This document shows positions 59,506-64,000 of a stretch of 64,000 nt of DNA, piece by piece. This DNA is from the human T2T-CHM13v2.0 reference genome, Homo sapiens. How positions within the stretch are numbered: position 1 is the stretch's first letter; each line of letters starts with the position of its first letter. The stretch lies in assembly GCF_009914755.1 (NCBI RefSeq), contig NC_060929.1. One strand, written 5' to 3'. A program made the translations under genes and the position numbers. The notes below the pieces were generated by a model. It saw nothing but the letters and a program-made list of their open reading frames with translations, made no database searches and was not told the DNA's origin.

Positions 59506-59727
59506 ATTTGGTAATTGGGGAGAAAGGAAGAACCTCAATACAGGAATATATTTATGTAAACATTAGGATCCACTCTTAGGTATAAAGTGATTCTTTCTTA
59601 ACTTTATAAATATTTATTGAGCAAATGCTTTGTCTAATTGTGTCAAGTACAGAGAGGTTGGAAAAGGTGTGGGAAGTAGCATCAAGAAGGATGTTTGTCC
59701 ATTTAACAGAGAAAGATTAGTAAAATA

Positions 59728-59875
59728 TGAAACCAGCTTTGCAAAGATTATAACAATGAGAGAAGGCTAGCATGGCTGACTCCATCTTGCTTCTAGCCTC
59801 AGAGGGTGGCTTTCCTTGCTTGTTCCTGGGTGTAGGCCAACCTTGCCAAGGGAGAAATTTAGTTTATAGTTTGAA
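59728..59875 (+). mobile_element. 5' fragment of an LTR8-like LTR
   Basis: tgaaaccagctttgcaaagattataaca...gctgactccatcttgcttcta...aatttagtttatagtttgaa. Confidence 0.7.
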
Positions 59876-60509
59876 AGAGATGGAGATTGAGAATGAGATC
59901 GAAACAATGCTAAAATGGTTGTTATGAAAGCTCCCTTGAAAGCTATCTGGAAGAGTAAAAATGCTATATGTGAGGCACTTAGCACAAAGTCTAAAATATT
60001 TAAGTGCTAAATAAGTAAGTATAACTGATTTTAATAGATTATTTTTGATGGATAAAGAGGTAGGTAAGTGAGATTTGCATGGAGGTGATGGCTGGCATAA
60101 TTTGGAACAATTAAGCCTGAGAATCTAGATAGTAATAAAAAGATTGAGGGTTTACAGAAGATACTGCCTTTGAGGAGCATGGATTTTGACAGATGACAGT
60201 GATACAGGTCAAAATGCATGTTTACTTTAGGGGTAGGATGGAGTAGGGGTCAGCCATAGATTGGCCCGAGGAGATGTGCCCATGACACAATTGTATACAT
60301 TATGCATCTTTTGAACACAAAAGTCTTCCTGGAACTATGATACCTAAATGTTCACTATAGTTATCTGAGGACAAATTGATTTTAAGTAATTTTTTCTCTT
60401 TGCATCTTTCTTTAAAATCTTTTAAATAATAATCACATATAATTTTCATAATCAGATAAAAATAATAAATCTATTTCCATTTTTTAAAAGTTTTTATCCA
60501 TAAAAGTTA

Positions 60510-60745
60510 ATACTTACGGAGGGTTTACTGTGTACCAAAGAATGCTCGAAATAATTTAACAATATTTATTCATTTTATATTTGAAACAAAACTATAAGGT
60601 AAGTTTTATTGTGCATATTTTATGAATGAGGAAAATGAGAACAAAGAATAGGTTAAATACATTGCTTAAGGTCATATGGCTAGTAAGGAGAACACCCAGT
60701 ATTTGAAGGTGTCTAGCATCTTATGCCTTTTTGTATAACTACATC
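60510..60745 (-). mobile_element. MIR
   Basis: attttatgaatgaggaaaatgag...ttgcttaaggtcatatggctagtaag. Confidence 0.6.
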
Positions 60746-61567
60746 TCATACTCAGAGCTCTCGTTGTGCTGTTTTCAATTAGAAAAAAATCCACACAGCA
60801 TTAATGATAGGTGCAGGCAGCACTACTTTGCAATCTTCTTATTTTGCACCCTTCCACTTATAAAATGTAATATTTTCTGATTAAAAACTTCAAGCTTGTT
60901 CATTTGACTGACACTATCAGCATAAAGCCACATGAACAGCTAGAAATATGCCATTCAAAAACTGTTGAGATGCGGTCTCCTAAACAAGTTGCATGTGAAA
61001 TCAAGTCCCTCTTGTATTATTTCTCCATCTCCTCTTAGATTAAATCAATGGATACCTCATCACCTTTCCTCAAAGGGCCATTTCAAAACCCTTCAGTTAT
61101 ATTGGCATCTCTGCTCCCAGTATAAATGTCAGGCCATATCGGGGTTAGATAATGAAATGTGAAGCCATCTATTTGCTTGATTTTTCAAGGGCATTTGGTG
61201 AGAACTGCTGTTCTATACACCTTATCCATCACCCTATTACTGCCTTGACTGCAAAAGAGTAGGAACTGCAAGTAATTCTTAATTCTTTTGCCTCTAGGCA
61301 AAGCCTATGCTGTAATGTAGGACAGAAAAGAAATACAATAGTGAATAATTCCTAACAAACCTTCAATACACACATTGCATTGCTATTCTTGGGTCTTTTT
61401 GGTTTCCTTTTGTGCTCAACTCAAAAGGATTCAGAAAAGCAGATTTTGAGTATAAGCCTTTTCTTCCAAGAAGCTCTTAATTCTGCTATTAAGAAATCGG
61501 ATATGCAAGATAGAATCTATGTTTAATCAGATTCCTTAGTAGCTAGGCTATTGCAAATATAGTGCAA

Positions 61568-61602
61568 GTGTGTGTGTCGTGTGTGTGTGTGTGTGTGTGT
61601 GT
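61568..61602. repeat. Interrupted (TG)n microsatellite
   Basis: gtgtgtgtgtc followed by a GT run. Confidence 0.9.
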
Positions 61603-61742
61603 TTGTGCACGCATGCATCAGGGCTATGATCTATTATTTATTTTATGTATAAAATTTATGTTTTACATGCACATTCTATATTACATCTTATTGTGATTAT
61701 TTGTGTGAGTAGGTTACATGACCTTAAACTAGTTACCAATTT

Positions 61743-62634
61743 ATTATCATTATTATTATTATACTCTAAGTTTTAGGGTACATGTGTACAATGTGCAGGT
61801 TAGTTACATATGTATACATGTGCCATGCTGGTATGCTGTACCCATTAACTCATCATTTAGCATTAGGTATATCTCCTAATGCTATCCCTCCCCGCTCCCC
61901 CGACCCCACAACAGTCCCCAGAGTGTGATGTTCCCCTTCCTGTGTCCATGTGTTCTCATTGTTCAATTCCCACCTATGAGTGAGAATATGCGTGTTTGCT
62001 TTTTTGTCCTTGCGATAGCTTGCTCAGAATGATGGTTTCGTTTCATCCATGTCCCTACAAAGGACATGAACTCATCATGTTTTATGGCTGCGTAGTATTC
62101 CATGGTGTATATGTGCCACATTTTCTTAATCCAGTCTATCGTTGTTGGACATTTACATTGGTTCCAAGTCTTTGCTATTGTGAATAGTGCAGCTATAAAC
62201 ATACGTGTGCGTGTGTCTTTATAGCAGCATGATTTATAATCCTTTGGGTATATACCCAGTAATGGGATGGCAGGGTCAAATGGTATTTCTAGTTCTAGAT
62301 CCCTGAGGAATCACCACACTGACTTCCACAATGGTTGAACTAGTTTATAGTCCCACCAACAGTGTAAAAGTGTTCCTATTTCTCCACATCCTCTCCAGCA
62401 CCTGTTGTTTCCTGACTTTTTAATGATCGCCATTCTAACTGGTGTGAGATGGTATCTCATTGTGGTTTTGATTTGCATTTCTCTGACGGCCAGTGATGAT
62501 GAGCATTTTTTCATGTGTTTTTTGGCTGCATAAATGTCTTCTTTTGAGAAGTGTCTGTTCATATCCTTCGCCCACTTTTTGATGGGGTTGTTTGTTTTTT
62601 TCTTGTAAATTTGTTTGAGTTCATTGTAGATTCT
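61743..62634 (-). mobile_element. 5'-truncated L1PA3-type element
   Basis: (TTA)n tail; ORF2 C-terminus on -; TSD taccaattt (61734-61742 / 62634-62642). Confidence 0.92.
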
Positions 62635-62900
62635 ACCAATTTTTTTAAATACTGTATTTCCCTATACACAATATATTTTTGCTTGATAGTATTTAGTACA
62701 TGGAGATGTTTTTGAACAATCTTTTGATAAGATAGTAGACTTTTTACAACCAACTCAGTTCATTGCAACAAGGTACACTATTGACCTAGAAAGTGAAATG
62801 AAATAATCAATTTGGGGTCTAGAATTACTTAATTCAACTAATCTTATCATTATCAACTCTGTTGCATTTTGTAGTGTGCAGCTCCTTCCTAAAGCAAATT

Positions 62901-62933
<33 letters not shown>
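62901..62933. repeat. (ATC)11 microsatellite
   Basis: Perfect trinucleotide run. Confidence 0.95.
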
Positions 62934-63839
62934 TCAGGAAAATGACCAAGAAAATCTGAACTGAAACAACAGTTTTTCTCTTTGATGCTTTTATTAGATG
63001 AGTCATCTCATTCGTAAGCATTACCCTGGCTTAGTCTACATAATTTAAATTCCTTCTTTTAACTAATCTCATTTGTTTCCATATATGCCGATGTGCATTG
63101 TTTTCTCCTGAGACATAGTGAAAAGGAAAACTGTTGTGCTTTTATCTATTCATATGTTTTTTCTATAATCCAGCAGGAAGCTCAATACAGCATTTTACTG
63201 TCACACAATTATGTGGTCATCTGTCACCATCTATAAGTTTTTCAGAGAAACTGCTCTACTTCTACTTCTCTGAAATTTCTCACACTACTTCAATGATTAT
63301 TAACAATACAATAATAAAATACGAAAGAAAGTTCAAAAACAAGCAATAGAAAGATAGCATCTCTGTCCTCTCTGGACACAGCTAAATTTTCTCCTCTGAT
63401 GTTTGATATATTCATTCATATATGTCTACATTTCACTTATTCATTTTCCTCAAGTCTCCTAAACCTAGAAAATATCCTGAGCAGTTCTATATCTTTCATT
63501 GTTAATCCCAGTAATTTGTCCTCTCCCCTAAAGTTTGGCATGTGATCTGTAATGTAAATTGATATGGTAGATGAGAACAGTAGGAAGAAAGATTGGACTG
63601 GCCCAGACACACCTTTGCAAATATAAACTAGAACTGAAAGAGATAGAGGAAAGCTCAGTCTATGTTCTTGAATATCAGGAAGGAAGATGAATTAAAGGGA
63701 GTTTCCCTTTAATTTCCTTATAAATTGCTCTATGTCTCAAAATAATAAATGAACTGTTACCTATAAATGTAAGAACATGCCCCAAATTTAGAAATTCTAA
63801 TTGAGTTTAAGAAAAGAAAGGAAAATTATAATACCACTG

Positions 63840-64000
63840 TCTTTTTATTTTAAAAAATTGTGCTAAAAACATTAAACACAAAACTACTTTCTTAACAAAT
63901 GCATATGTGTACAATACATTATTGTTGACTATAGGTACAATGTTGTATAACAGATCCCTAGAACTTATTCATCTTTCTTGACTGAAACTTTACGCCCATT
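63840..64000 (-). mobile_element. L1MA/MB 3' end, cut by the window edge
   Basis: ttgactataggtacaatgttgtataacagatccctagaacttattcatct...actgaaacttta. Confidence 0.8.

Noticed and set aside
59297-59566. Lys/Glu/Arg-rich ORF and its Phe-rich antisense ORF
   Set aside because: Both are translations of the (GAAA)n microsatellite.

Overview
This is AT-rich, repeat-dense human genomic DNA (a human-specific AluYb8 is present), probably intronic or intergenic. I could not identify any host protein-coding gene, RNA gene or CRISPR-type locus; every long ORF in the track belongs to LINE-1 or Tigger1. The main structures are: (i) a full-length L1PA7-like element (37.8-51.0 kb, +) split by a full-length L1PA2/PA3-type element (-) that carries a ~700-bp 3' transduction with its own AATAAA and second poly(A); (ii) two twin-primed (5'-inverted) L1s, one with a 76-bp inverted duplication and one with a ~2.5-kb gap; (iii) neighbouring young L1 copies sharing non-consensus variants, including an ORF2 nonsense codon, which suggests local gene conversion; (iv) a nested MLT1>MLT2>Tigger1>L1 stack; (v) an unexplained 199-bp dispersed direct repeat, several templated-insertion scars and a few candidate splice-bounded exons. 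Subfamily calls come from remembered consensus diagnostics, not from a database search. I see no evidence for a wholly new biological system; the best leads concern retrotransposon mechanisms.
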